From positions 496,001 to 560,000 of the forward strand of contig OZ237750.1 of NCBI GenBank assembly GCA_965178125.1: a DNA stretch of 64,000 nt, written 5' to 3'. Made by a program: the position numbers and the translations under genes. Positions 38,701 to 51,800 of the stretch are shown here, piece after piece; within the stretch, counting starts at the first letter, position 1; each line of letters starts with the position of its first letter. The notes under the pieces are model-generated. The model was not told the origin of the DNA. It saw only the letters and a program-made list of their open reading frames with translations, and did no database searches. This stretch comes from Bilabrum cf. latius. Lineage: Eukaryota.

Positions 38701-41700
38701 CCCTGATCGGGTCAAGCACGACAGATAGACCAAAGTCGATTAGCTTGCAATGGCCCGTTGCCTGTTGGCTGACCATGATATTTCCAGGCTTGATGTCTCT
38801 GTGCAGAATGCCACACCGATGACATGCTCCTACTGCTGCTATAAGCTACGCCATCACCACTTTGAGCGCGCGCGGCTTCAGCCGACGGCCGCCCTGCACG
38901 ACTGTACCAAGTGTGGAGCCTTCAATGAATTCAGTGATCAATGCAATACGATCTGGCATGGCAATTGCCAATCCTAGCTGCATGACGCCGGCATGTTTGC
39001 CTAGTGTACTCAGCGAGGTCGTCTCACCGCGAGTTTCATCACGGAGCGTCTGCTCACGCTGGAACTCCTTCAGTGCAGCATATGCCCCACTCCGGGTGTC
39101 AATGACTTGAAATACGCGCCCAAACGCCCCCGCGCCAAGTAGTCGAAGACGCTTTAGCTGCGCCAAACAAACCCCAGCCCAATGTGGGCCTGGCTTCCCA
39201 CTCGTGTCTTTTCGTTTGCCTCGAATACTACCCCATGCACGGCCCAACTGCATGTTGCGGAAACTGCCTCTAGATTGCATTGATTCAGATCGACTTCGAG
39301 TGGTATCCCTGAGCTGATCCACCACTACCTACGCGGGTTCTGGTTTTGAAGAGTACGTTGATTGCTTGTCTGCGGACCCGCCACTGTTGAGATTCGTTCC
39401 ATGGGTAGGTGGCGGCCGTAGAGCTCCGATCTCCATAGCGCTAGAGTCTGTCGCTCTGTCTACTCTCAGAAGCGAATCCTCGCCTGGAGCTTCTCCTTGT
39501 TGCTAAATAAAGGCAACGTGCAGTTCGCCACCCAATGCTACCTGCATAGCATCATGCACATGGTCTCTGTCAATCGATTGCCTGGCGACGGGTTGCATAG
39601 GGGCCGCAGGAGGCTGGCCCATCCTTGCATCCAAGACCTCCACAGACATGCGGACATGGCCAGAAGAAGAGTCTCCGCCCCTGGAACTTGGACCCGTGGA
39701 TCCGGGTGCATGCACCGAATCTGAGGCTCGCGACACAGAGTCAGCCACTGAAGCCGATGCTACCCCACGACTGCGGCTCCTGGGAGACTTGGATCCAGCG
39801 CCAGTAGATCCCGATCGGCTGTCTGACGTGCGATCATCAGCAATGGACTCGCCTCTACGTCTCATTTGTCCCTCGGGCGAGAATGGCGACTACATGCGTT
39901 CCCGGGCGCGGTCGCGGGCGTTGTGTCTCGCACCATTGGCGGCGGCGCTGGCTTTCCGCGCTTCTTCAGGAGACACGCCGAGAGCAATCAAGTAGAGATC
40001 GTGCAATATCCTTGTGGAGTAGGCGCCTGCTCGACCCCGAATATTGAGTCGAATCGACCGCATGAGTCGCTGTTGCTACGCAAACGCACGTTTTACAGTG
40101 TCAGCAGCAGCTGTGGCCTTTGTAGCCGCTGTACCGCCCTGGCTTGAGGGGGTGCTTTTGGACCCTGCCTTGCCACCGCTGTCGCTGAAATTGCCTGCCC
40201 CGTGCGATGCACCGGGCAACTCATCCTCTCGTTCGCCTGCATTGAACGGATCACCCATCAACTGGTCAACATTTTGCACCACGGAAACACCACCCGCGCC
40301 ATGCTTTGCACCGGCTTGGCCTTGCTCATCACCACCCCCTGCTTCTCCTAGAGAGCTATCATCGCTGCTTGAGTTCACATCATCAGATGGCATGATGCGA
40401 AGGTTTTGCAAAGCTGCCATTGGCCCCGTCTGGATCGAATTGCTGCCCGCACCATCGTCACCCTGTCCCAATCGGTCGCCTTCAGCGAGGTCAGCAGCTC
40501 TTGCTGCTGCATCTGCCGCATCAGCCCCGCTCCGGTACTGCCGTCCCACGGAATGAGGCGCCTGCATTCCACCTTGTCCAGTAGAAGGGCCAGACCAGCT
40601 GGGCCCAAGCCTATCCTTGTTGGCTTCTAGCAGTCTCTTCAAGGCCTATTGGCTCCATTGTGGGGACACCTCGATGGGGAACAACTCCTTGAGGGCTTGT
40701 CGCGCCCAGCCCGTTTCCTTCCGAGCTTCTCGAGACAGCGCAACCACCGACTGGTCTGGCCGTACGGCTGTACCAGCAGCAGCTGCGAGTGCCGAGGCAT
40801 TCCGCAGAGTGGTCCCGAAAGCATCCCACGACTGTCCATCGGCCCCGGCAGTGCCAAGCACTACGGACCCAAAGTGTACTGCAGCAGACAGGGCAAGCCT
40901 TGCTTTGAGTCTCCTTTCCATGAGCTGGATGCGACCCATCGCCGTGGCAATGGAGGTGAGGGCGTGTAGAACTGCGCTGTACTGATGGCGCTGCTGCTCG
41001 GCCTCCTGCACACCAACCTGTCCGTGTCTTCGCATCATGGCTTGCAGCATCTACACCCTTGTGCTCTTGGGCTGTTCATGATCGAAGAACACGGTCATCT
41101 AGAAGCTGTGCACGTGGACGCGGTATCCACGGCGAGATGATGGGTGCTTGAACCGCCTGCTACTAGACGATGACAGCGGAGCATTGGCGACTCGGTTCAC
41201 CACCCTTCTTGCATGGCGCCTTCCCGTCTACTATCCAAACTATGACCCGCTGCCGTGTCGGCTTTGGCTGTGACTTCGACCCGTGTCGCTGTCAGAGTCA
41301 GATACGGCGGCATACAGCTCTGAGCCAAGTGCTTGCGCCTGAGCTGTCGTTCCAACGTACTCCTCGTCACATGCCTGCTCCAACACTGCAGCGACAGCCC
41401 GTGTCAGCCGAAAGAGATCTACTGCTCCCATGATGGAATCTAGCATCTGGACGACTCGAAATCGCACTGAGAGGACCGCAACTTGCCTTCGCGGCGCAAG
41501 AACCACCCTGCGTTGCACAGCTAGCAGCTACATCTCGCGACGTAGCTGCCTCGCCTGCATGACCATCTGACCAGAGGCCACATGCTGGGCTTGCTGCCTG
41601 CCACCAGTCACCCCAACCACCACTGAGGCCCCAATGCTCCCATGCTAGGCGCCTCTGCCGTTGGAAGCTTGCCGCTGCGCAGCACCCAGCCCGTTGTAAA

Positions 41701-44700
41701 GCGAGTCATCGCTCGGAGGAGGCCAAGCGCCGTGCTGCTCCAGCATTGCACGCTACTCTGCCTACTCATGCTCAGCGAGGTTAGCATCCAGCTCAGATAG
41801 CCTGATACGACTAAGCAGAGGACGAGGCACGATCCGCTGGACCACCTTAGCGATGGCAAAGGTGCGCTTCACCATGCGGTGCTGCAAATTTGCCAGTGCT
41901 TCCATGATACGGTCGCCCACGGATAGCAGCACGATGTTTCGCTCTTGCTGTAGCATCATGATCACGATTACGGCAAGAATGAACTGCACGGCCGTGATAA
42001 AACGTTCGCTGTCTGATGTGTCCAGTGCGCCGGCTACAGACTGTCTGCAATCGATCACCGAAGCGGCAACCTCATCCCCGACTAGGAATTCGTGCCCGAC
42101 TCTCGTGCTCATCAACCAAGCAACAAAGAAAGCCGCCGCACAAAACGGAATCCCGACTCCCAAGCGCAAATAGAGCCCGGGGCGGTACACTGAATGCAGA
42201 TCGCCGGCGTAGATAAGAGCGACCATAAAGAGGAAGAGAGCTCCGGTCACAATGGCCAGCATCTCGTTTGTTAAATGCATCATGCAACCGATGTCAGGGT
42301 CCCCATAAAGCTCTCTAGCAGAGTTAAGTCCCATTCCAAACACAAGAGCTGCCGCCACCAGGTTGATAAGCACTTGCAGGAAGCCCCTCTCGCTATCAGT
42401 CGTAATGAGAGCATACTTGATCTTCTCGTCCATAGTGCGTTTGACGAGTGTGCCTGCAAACACTCCACAGATGACCACACCGATAAAGAGGAAGGCAGAC
42501 ATGTGGTCAAACACCCGCGAAACTGCCTCAGCACCCGATAGAGTGGAAGCGGATTTCGCCTGGAATCCAACCCGAATCAATCTGCCGATCACATCTACGA
42601 CGCTAAAGATTCCGAGGTAACCAAGTGGCCACGGACCCTGCATCAGCCTAGTAATTGGCTATCTCCGCACGGCAAACCGGCCAAGGTACCTGGCGAAATT
42701 CTTCCCGTGGGTGGCGACTTGCAGCGCCGGATCCTTGCTATCTTCGGAGGCATTGTCCTCGATCCTTCGATTGCGGCGCAGCTTCGACTGCAACGATGCA
42801 GACGTAGAGGCTGAAGACACACTAGCCATATCATCATCGAAACCCTCCTAAAACTCAGCCTACTCATCGCTGGCGTAGCCACCAGCAGATCCACGCGGCA
42901 CACCAGCCGGGAACTCCGCATCTGACTCTGGTCGCCTTCGTGTTCGCCTGTCTTGCTGTTCGGTTCCTGTATCCGGTAAATCTTGAGAAGCATGCCGCTT
43001 GAGAGTGCCGGCCTTGGAGCCGCCCCGCTCGTGTGCCGGTAAGCCTTGCGTTGCAGCCGCAACAGCTGTGACTGGCTGCAAGTTGCCAGCCATGAAGGCA
43101 CCGCTCTGGTCGTTAGCGTTGTGTCGACCAGCGGGGGTTTCAGTATCAATTGGGTTCTAATCGCCATTGTCATCTTGGGCCCTGCTGCTAGCCTTTGAGT
43201 CATTTTGCCCTAGCATTGCCAGCAAATCTGGCATGAGCTCGCTTGAGTCCATCCCCTACCCACCACTACGACCCGAATTGCTGCTGTCCCTGACAATTTC
43301 ATAGCCCATGACGCCCGCGGTGTCATCTGCTTCCATCATTGAGTCTCCACCATGCGCTGTACCAGCATGAATGTCTTGTGTCGAATGGGCGGCACCCGTT
43401 GCGACCGAAGATCCTTCAGGTACGACTGCGGCGCTGCCCGTGGCCAAAATCCTCGATCCGTATGGCTAATCCAAAGCACCAACTCGAGCTCCAGCAGAGT
43501 TAACAACTTTCCTTCCACCTTGCATGCTTCTCGCAGCTCCGAGGCTCTTCGCGCGACCATTTCCTGCCGACCGACCTCGAGCCTCATTGCGAACCTTCGA
43601 TTTCTTCTGCTTCCGACTGTCCATGTGCCTGCCAATGTGTACCAGCAGCCCAGTCTCGAAGCCCTTCTTAAGGTGTGGCAGTCCTAATCCTTTCTTCCTC
43701 CTCTCGGCGCGCTCCTCGGGTAAGAGCACCCGGATCTGGCCCCTTCGATGGCTGCGGCTACGAGACTGCGTGCGGCCGGCCGCGCCACTAGAATGCATGC
43801 TGGCAGCGCTGGTGCTGTGGTCAGGACTTCCATCGACCCCTCCCTACCGTAAGTTGCCTGAAACGTTCTTAAGCTCGCTTGTGCGCACTCCAGCCACAGT
43901 GAGCAAGCTCTCAAGGTGGCCCAGCACGTCGCAAGTATCCGTTGAGAGGGCGCCGTCACGAGGAGGCACATACGGCATTCCGTGTCTTAGGGCAGCATCT
44001 CGCTTTTGTCTCAGCATACGAGACGTGTCCGCGCTGCTAGTCTTGGAACCAGAGTCGGAGTCACCCTCGGCACCCCAGTCATCTGTGTCCGAATCCCCCG
44101 CCGATTCCGGTCCCCTAGAAGCTTCGCTATCACCCGCCAGACCTAGGTGTGGTTTTGGAGCTCTGCCTTGAGAGGCCGACATTACGCCAGGCCTGGAAGT
44201 TGTGCCTCTCATCCGGCTTCTAGTCTCACTTGAGACCGTGTAACGATCGACAAAAGAGCCCGTGCTAGCCGTGTCTGCACGCAACAGGGCAGATGCCGTG
44301 TCAATACCTCCCCGGCCTCGCACTCCAGACCTGCCGCCACTTCCTACGTCTCTCATGGCCTCTTCAAGTCGCCTCTCTACAGCATCCAGCTATGCTGGCG
44401 TGTACAACATGTGCGCAGGCCGACTGTGTGGCACAGAGTAGTAGTGTGTGGACGTCACGGTAGACCCAAAGGCAACTGCCTCCAGAGGCATTGGTTTCTT
44501 GTGACAGGCCGACAGCAGGTCCTTTGCAACTTTACGAATGTGCTGGCGCTTGTGCCAGACGTCCCGCCGGGCTGCCTGTTGCTGCTGGTCTCGCTTTGCA
44601 TCTCCAGTCATACCTGCGGGTGTCGCTGAGAGACCAGCTGCGTCGTAGCTGACTCCCCAAGTCGAGGGACTCTGCAGCCTCTCGAGAGCTCTGGCTGACA

Positions 44701-47700
44701 TGCTAACGTGCGCGCCATATGATGCCAAGGTGATTGCTTCAGTCGCCCCGTCACCAAAAACGCTCCATCGATGCGCCGAGCCGCTGCTAGATAGGAAGCC
44801 GCAAACGGTCTTGGAGCCCTGCGCAACCCCGGCGCCCAGTCGCACCTTCACTCCGGGTTGGATCAGACCAGCTACCGACTGATCTCGCACGTACCACGAG
44901 GCTCGCACCGCCAACTCCAATGCAGCCGCCAGGTTAAATGGGCCTGCAGCGTCAGAGCTACGGGGCACAAGCTCGTCCTTCGCCAGCAGATCCTGTGATC
45001 CACCGGCGTGGCCTCCTCCTTCTTTTCCTGCAACGTGAGCATCGCGCTGCCGCAGTCCCCCAGGCATCTCCTGTCCACTAGCTGCCTACCCGTTCCTCGC
45101 AGCCCCCTGAGTCGTTCTCTTTGCCTCATCTGAGGACTCGAAGGCAGCATCTCCGCGCTTGGCGCCGCTGCCATGGTCTGCTTCCGACGGCTGGAACGAC
45201 GTGTCCGTGCCCATGGTGTTCATGCTGCTGTCGATGCCACCATCGCCGGTGCTGCCGCCCGCTCTGCGCTCTGAGAGACCTCGCCGGAATATCTTGGAAT
45301 CAGTGCCGTGCACCGCGATGATCACATCTTGACCAACAACACAAAGTGTGGTGGTCTTCTGCCGATACTTGGGTAGCCGCAACACCTTTTCGATCGTGAC
45401 GAGGGCGGCTAGCACCGCACCGGCCCTGAGTTCGTCTCTCTAAGCCTAGCGGTTGAGTTCCGCCTGCCTTGCCGAGGACACATTCCCAGATACCCGGAAA
45501 CTGCCATTCCCTGCCAGTGCCTGCTGGTCCGCATCTCGAGAGGCCAGCTGCAGCGCACCAGTTGAAACGGGGTCCCGGCTTGAGGGAGCCTGCTTACCGG
45601 TCCGCTTGCTTACCCTGTGGGCATCCGGAGCTCCCAGAGCCGCCCGCTACCTCAGCTCCTTGCGTGTGTCTCTCCGAGCGGTGACACCGACAGCAACCGA
45701 GCTGTCCACGCTATCGTCGCTCCCAGGCAGGCGGCCACCCTCCTAGTCGGAGTTGTCGCTGCGGTTCCCAACCCAGTCGCTGTCGCTGCTGGCTGTCGAC
45801 TATCCCCGCCGGTGTGTTCCGAGCTGTGCTCCATGCCGCTACACAGATCGCCCGTCGCGACCGCGCTGTCTGTGACTGCTCTTGCCACCGCTTTCGTTTA
45901 CCTGATCTTGAAATCGAAGCACGCGCCGGTCAGTGGCTCCTTTGGGACGGCCGCTGCTCCTTGATCCACCGCCTCTTGAGCCCGACTGCTGTCCAGCTGA
46001 GGTCCTCGACCCGTCCGAGGACGTTTGCTTGCGACCTAATTCGCCGTGTCCTATGACGGTGTCTCGGCCTCGCTTGGCCTTAACCTGCACGTAATCTTCT
46101 CCGATGCCACCGAAAGTGAAAGAGCCCCTGCTGCCGCGGGTGCGTGAGAGTCCGCGGCTGGCATTCGGTCCCTCGCCCCCCTCGTCACTGACCTCTACAT
46201 GAATCCGAATTGCTAGCAGCGCAGTGGTGTCCTCCAACTCAACAGCTGACGCGCCACTGTGCAAAAGCCGGAGGGCAAACGGGGGCATCTGCAGACGGGC
46301 CGTGAGAGCCACCAAATCGTGGTTGCTCTGGACGTCCTGCACTGCCGCCATGCAGCTTTCCACGCGCTTGCGGACCGAGGACCCAAGAGCGCTGCGAGCG
46401 TCCATGAAAACGAATGCAATCATGTACCAAGGCGCGACGAACAGGGCGACACTCACAAAGATCGCTGCTAAATTTGCGCCCTGCGGCGTCACAAAGTCGT
46501 CCATTCCAATGGCCGCGGCAAATACCAGCACCCATGTGATGTAAGCGAGGCACATGATGTTGTACACCAAGTACGTCAGGGGCACATGGAGCACCGAAAC
46601 TGCCATGATGGTAACTGGAGCTGTGTACGCGATCACGAAGACGCCCTCTCCGGGGAATCCATTTCCCAGATCGATTGCAATGGCGAACAGCACGGATGCC
46701 GCAGCCACGGGGAAGAGTATCCACTGCGCTGCCTCCATCTCGCACCCTCCACCGCTACCGTTTGGCTTCCACCCCTCACGTCTATGGCCGTTTTCACGCG
46801 AGAGTGACTTAGCGGGCGCAGGGCCGGAGCCAATCCGGTGCACACTGTTGGAAGACTGGGAAGAACTATTGTCCGAGAGCAGGCAACCGGCGGGAAGGCA
46901 GGAACACACGCGGATCCTCGCAAATTGCATGCGCTCGCAGCATCCCGGGGCGACGCGAAGCTCATCACTCCGACGGATAAGCTCTGCAACTTCTCGGCGG
47001 CGCCGCGCATCCACCTCTGCTTCGTACGCCTCCGCCTCGCTGCCTCGGCGCATGCGCCAGCTGTGGAGTGCAGAGGATCCGCTCCGGCTGCTGCCTGCAG
47101 TCCGGGTGCGTCCTGGCCTCGTAGCACCGGAGCTACTCGCTCCTGTGCTGCTGGAGGCTACGACTGGTTTGCCTCTTTGCATCCCCCCGTGCCCGTCTTT
47201 GACTTTCTTGTCGGGGGCATAGGACACAGATGCGTCCGATGGGTGGTCCTGCTAGGAAAACATGCTATCCAGCATGCTGTCCTCGGAGTCGGTCGAGGAA
47301 GCAAATCGACCTTCGTCGTCGCCACCTGCGAGCGCGTCGTAGCTGTTACTCTCTGGGGCGCCCCTACTGCTCGTGAATCCGGCCTGGCTGCCTCCAGTCG
47401 CGCTTGCGGCGGCAAGCCTGCGCCTGCGCTGGTTCGCGGAATTACCTTCCGTTCCACCGCCACTGCCGCTTGTTGGCGCCAGTGCTGGGATGTCGCCCGG
47501 CTGGGTACGTGTACTACCAGCGACGTGTGCGTTGCTGTCTCTGCCGGCCGCACGCTGAAGCTCAGCGATCCGAGCAAGGCTGACATCGCGCAGCACCCTT
47601 CGCTCTGCAGCGACGTGACTGGAGATCCTGTCGTCCCTCGTCAGGACCCATTCTTCCAGCCACGGTTTCTTGTGAGACGCTAATATGGCTCTTGATGTGC

Positions 47701-48475
47701 CAGAGACTAGCTGTACCCTCAGCAATATTAGCGTAACCACCAACCAAGCCAGCCCGCAGAGCACCCCGACAGCCTGGGCAAGGCTAGGGCTCTCCCGAAA
47801 CAGCGGTCCAGTCGACGGGACAGGATCACTGTAGGACTATATTGGCACTGGAATGTCGGAAGAGTTCGATATGATAGTCTAGTTGAGTCCTGCAGCGGCG
47901 GTTGACTGTGGGCTTGGCTCGAATCGGCCCCAGTCCATGCGCTCCTCGTACATGACTCTGTCGAACAAGAGCAAGCTCTGGCGGTGGCGAAACGTGTACG
48001 GTAACGCTAATAACCACAGAATTAGCACCGGCATAGCAATTTGTAATGCTATCGGTGGCAAAGAGTACTCCAAAGGTCCGGTGAGTACGGCCGTCTGGTT
48101 GCGACAGCAAGCAGTTCCGATTCGAACGTCCCTCTGAGCAATACCTCCATCATCTGCAATGAAAAAACAGTTTACAATTATTTCATTCAATGCGCTTCAT
48201 GATGAGCGCTCTATCGGGGATATACAAGTGCTGACACGATGTCGGCTGGGTCTCTCACCAATGAGCTCGGCGTACACACGCTGCATCCAAATGGCCATAG
48301 CGTGCGGATCTTCCCAGACAGGCATGCGAGGAGCGTGACCTATATCATCCGCTTGTTCGTCAACAGATGATACCTGCACAGAGCGGCTGCCGGTTTGAGT
48401 GCCTCGTTGGTCGCGTCGCATAAGACGCCGGAGAAGCTCGACCCCGTTTGTTCTGGTAGCGGCAGATGCTTCCAT
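32798..48475 (-). CDS. Giant ~5,190-aa protein: 2 x (~6 TM + degenerate class III nucleotidyl cyclase) fused to a split AGC-type Ser/Thr kinase; exons 48259-48475 and 32798-48153
   Basis: More than 20 ORFs share one frame, and every gap I checked contains only TAG (~50 by hand count). Intron 48154-48258 removes a TGA. Kinase motifs LGAGAFGRV, AALK, HRDIKPGN, DFG, GSPHYLAPE, DYYALG and HPFF. Cyclase-like GVAQG...CGFL...WSVFGD and VHFGSVVLG...WDAFGTTLRNASAL. Ends TAA. Start codon less certain. Confidence 0.8.
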
Positions 48476-48891
48476 AATACACAAGTATTTAGCTCGAGAC
48501 AATCTTGAGAAAAAATTGGCACTGAGAGAGTTGGGAGGTCAATCTGTTTGTTCGCGTGTGGGCGAGTAATTATTCTTAGCTTCATCTTCATTGATTGAAA
48601 CGGTCGCTAAAAAAACAAAGCACTCAGATGCACAGCAGGGTGCTTCCGTTGCGTTCCACATGAGTATACGACGTTGTAGAGCACATGGTAACTTACATCG
48701 GGGCCAGCAGCAAGTGAAAGCGCAGCGCACGCAGCCGACTTTTGCAACTGCCGCAGCCGGTTGCAACCAGTAGGATGTTGAACTTTCAAGAAGAAGATTA
48801 AAACCAGTAGATCGCCGCCGCGGATCTCGTGTTGCACGTGCGGGCCTTGGGAAGCATCCGACTCACACCTGTCTCTCAAGCAGAGTGCTCG

Positions 48892-51800
48892 TCACAGCTC
48901 CTGCTCCTGCTCTTCGGCCTGCTGCGCCTTGCGGAAATCGAAGGTATCTCCTTCCGTGTCCGCCCACTCTGTCCCCGCCATGTAGCTCTTGTAGAACGGG
49001 AGCGAATCGGTGTGCTCTGGCGGCAGCAGCTTTAGCACGAAGCGATACCTCCTTACTTGGCTGGTGTACTCCACAATGTAAAGCTGGTAGTATCTGAAGT
49101 ACGCCACCAGAGCCACCAGTAGAGCCACGGCCATTCCAACGGATAGCAGCGTCACGTAGTCATCCGCCCAACGCTCAAACAGGGCAGTGTACAGTCGCGG
49201 AATCCTGCGAAGGACCTAGAACATGACACTTCCGTACAGTGGCTGTGTAACCTGCCTCGTGCGCAGCTCAGCGACGTAGGCCTTGAACGCCTCGTCGATT
49301 CCGTCCGTACCAAAGTAAAGCTTTTCCAGGGTTTCTGAGGTGCTGATCCCCTGCACGTCCTCTTCGTCGCACCCAAACACAACGCACTGCTGCAGCCTCT
49401 CCGCTTCGTCCGCAAGCCGGTCTACCGCCTGGCCAGGGCGTTGCAGCTCTTCCGCGGTCGTGTAGTTGAACCATGTCGGAACCGAGGCGGAGGGCTCTCC
49501 GACCTCCTCTGGGAACCTGCCATACGTGACAGTGCCTGCTGCCCGAGTAGAAAAGCTCAAAAACTCGAAGCTGGACTTTGCCAAGGTCGTGACCCAGCTG
49601 CCCATGATGTCAAACTGGTTGATTATCGTGTTGGCCTGCACGTATCGCACTGGGAGCATGACAGCCACAGCAACCACGGCAGCCCACAGAACGAAGCTGA
49701 TTCCTGCAGTCCAGTTCCTGGCTTCCACGAAAGTAGCATCGGAGTGCGCTTTGTCCTGCATCTTCTTTATGAGCCATTCGATGGGATCTTTCTTGACTTT
49801 CTCCAGGCCGCTCAGGTCATCCTCGTCCACGGCCCACCGTGACATGTGCACCGTTTGCTCGCCGTCCTCCTGACTTGCGCCTGATGCTCCGCTAGCACCA
49901 CTGGCTCCAGTAAGATCACTTGCCTCGCTTGGACCGCCGGGAAGAAGCTTTGGAGCAGAAGCACCGACCATGATTGCATCTGGTGTGCCTCCACTGCCAC
50001 AATCCGCAGACCCGTTGGCAACATACCCGTCAGATGGCTGCACCTGGGCTGGATTGGAGCCAGAGCGGCGCGTGGCTGCTCTCGTCCTCCTGCCTCTTCT
50101 TTGCTCACGCTTTACCTACTTGCCATACTGCCGCACGATAGAGTCAGATAGGCTGCCGCGCCGCTGCTTGCCGACTCCGAGCAGGTCTGACACCCTCTGG
50201 GCCGAGGCATCCCGAACAATGATGCTGCTCGGATTCGTATTGGCATCGCTGACGCTGCTGCCGCTGGAGCTTTCCCCTTCGCTGGCTCCTGCACCGGTCT
50301 TTGCCATGTCCTCGGCATCAGTGACGGGGTCGCTCTTGGAGTTCTCCAGACGGACCGCCAAGCTGGCAAAGCCCTCCAGCGGGACAGAGTCGAGCAAGTA
50401 GTATCCCGCCATATACTCGAAATGGGCGGCCTGCAGCCCCCACACAAGAGTGCATGGTACGACAGTGAAGACGAGAACAAGAATGGAGCTGGTCGCCGTG
50501 ATGATGTAGAAGAAACTCTGGTCAGAATTCCGCACTCTCCGGTCGTACACATTCGTCACGGATCCAAGCGCATCGGCGATTTGCTATGTATTGTACACGA
50601 AGCTGATCCAGTTCCCGACGTAGTCCTCAAATTCTGGCAAGTTCTCAACGGCTGGCGCCACGCATGCTCTGTCATTGTCCTCAAGAACGGTTCTAAGGTA
50701 CTGGCTGGAGCGGTTGACAAGCGCGGCCCCGGCTAGCCAGTGGATCTCTTCGAACACAGGTGCCCTCCACTGAGACACCGGAAAGACAGACGACGTGTTT
50801 CGAAGCAGCTCACGGGCATCGTAAATGATCTGCTGCGTGAAGTCATCAGTGAGCACCTCACGATCAAAGGCTTTGATGGTGCGGCCACCAGTGACCTGGT
50901 CTACCTCGACGCGAAGATCGAACGCGGTAGAGCGCTTTCCCTTTGACAAGCTATCGGCCAGCCTCCCACGCGGACAACCCGACAAGCTGCCGTCAATGTA
51001 GTCACCAAAGTATCCGACAGTGTCGTGCGGTGCATCGCAGAATACCAGCCTGTGCTGGATGAACGCAAGCTCGCCGAGAGCATCCCTGAAGTCTAGCAAC
51101 TCATCAGGCCCAAGCTGTCCTGGAGCCGCGGATGGATCCGTGCCGCAGCCACTGACACGCTCAAGATGTGCAAGGTACGACCCAAGGAGCCACACGACCA
51201 CCTCTCTTCGGTCACTCGACGCAACCTTGAGCAAGCTTCGTCGGAGGTCCTGCAACTCCGTCAGGTTGACGATCAGCGGAATGGACAGCACTGCAACGAG
51301 CATTAGAAGAGCTGAAGCCAGCACACACTTCATGCGAGGAATGCCTGGGTACTCCCGCGGCCTGGCTGCCTCGCTGATGCCCACCATACTAGCGAGCACA
51401 GACTTCGGGCGCAGCTTCACAGGATGCTGCGCAATTATAGCCCTTTTCATCGCAGTAGAACCAGGCGACTTGATCGTTGCTAGACCATCGCCCTGGGTAC
51501 TTTCCTGTCCCTGAAACCGCAAGGAGTGGGTCACAGAGCTGGCATCAGCTGATGCAGCATTAGTGCGCAAGCTGGACTTGAGGGGCTTTACATTGAGCCT
51601 CGCTTCGGTGGCTGCAGCCGGAAGGAGGTGCATGTCATGCGAATCAGTCGATATCCGCTTCATGGTTGCAGTGGCAGGTGCCAGCTAGCTGTCTCCGGTC
51701 ACGGGTGTAGGTGAAGTGTCGGTCTCCCCAGTCCCCTCGGTGCGACCAGAAGACACAGATCCCGAGACACTTGCTCGCGCCCTTCCAGCGGAATCTTTGC

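Noticed and set aside
48476-48891. Fusion of the TmcB-like gene with the giant cyclase-kinase gene
   Set aside because: The TmcB-like frame ends in TGA at 48892-48894, and the spacer has stops and no convincing exon.
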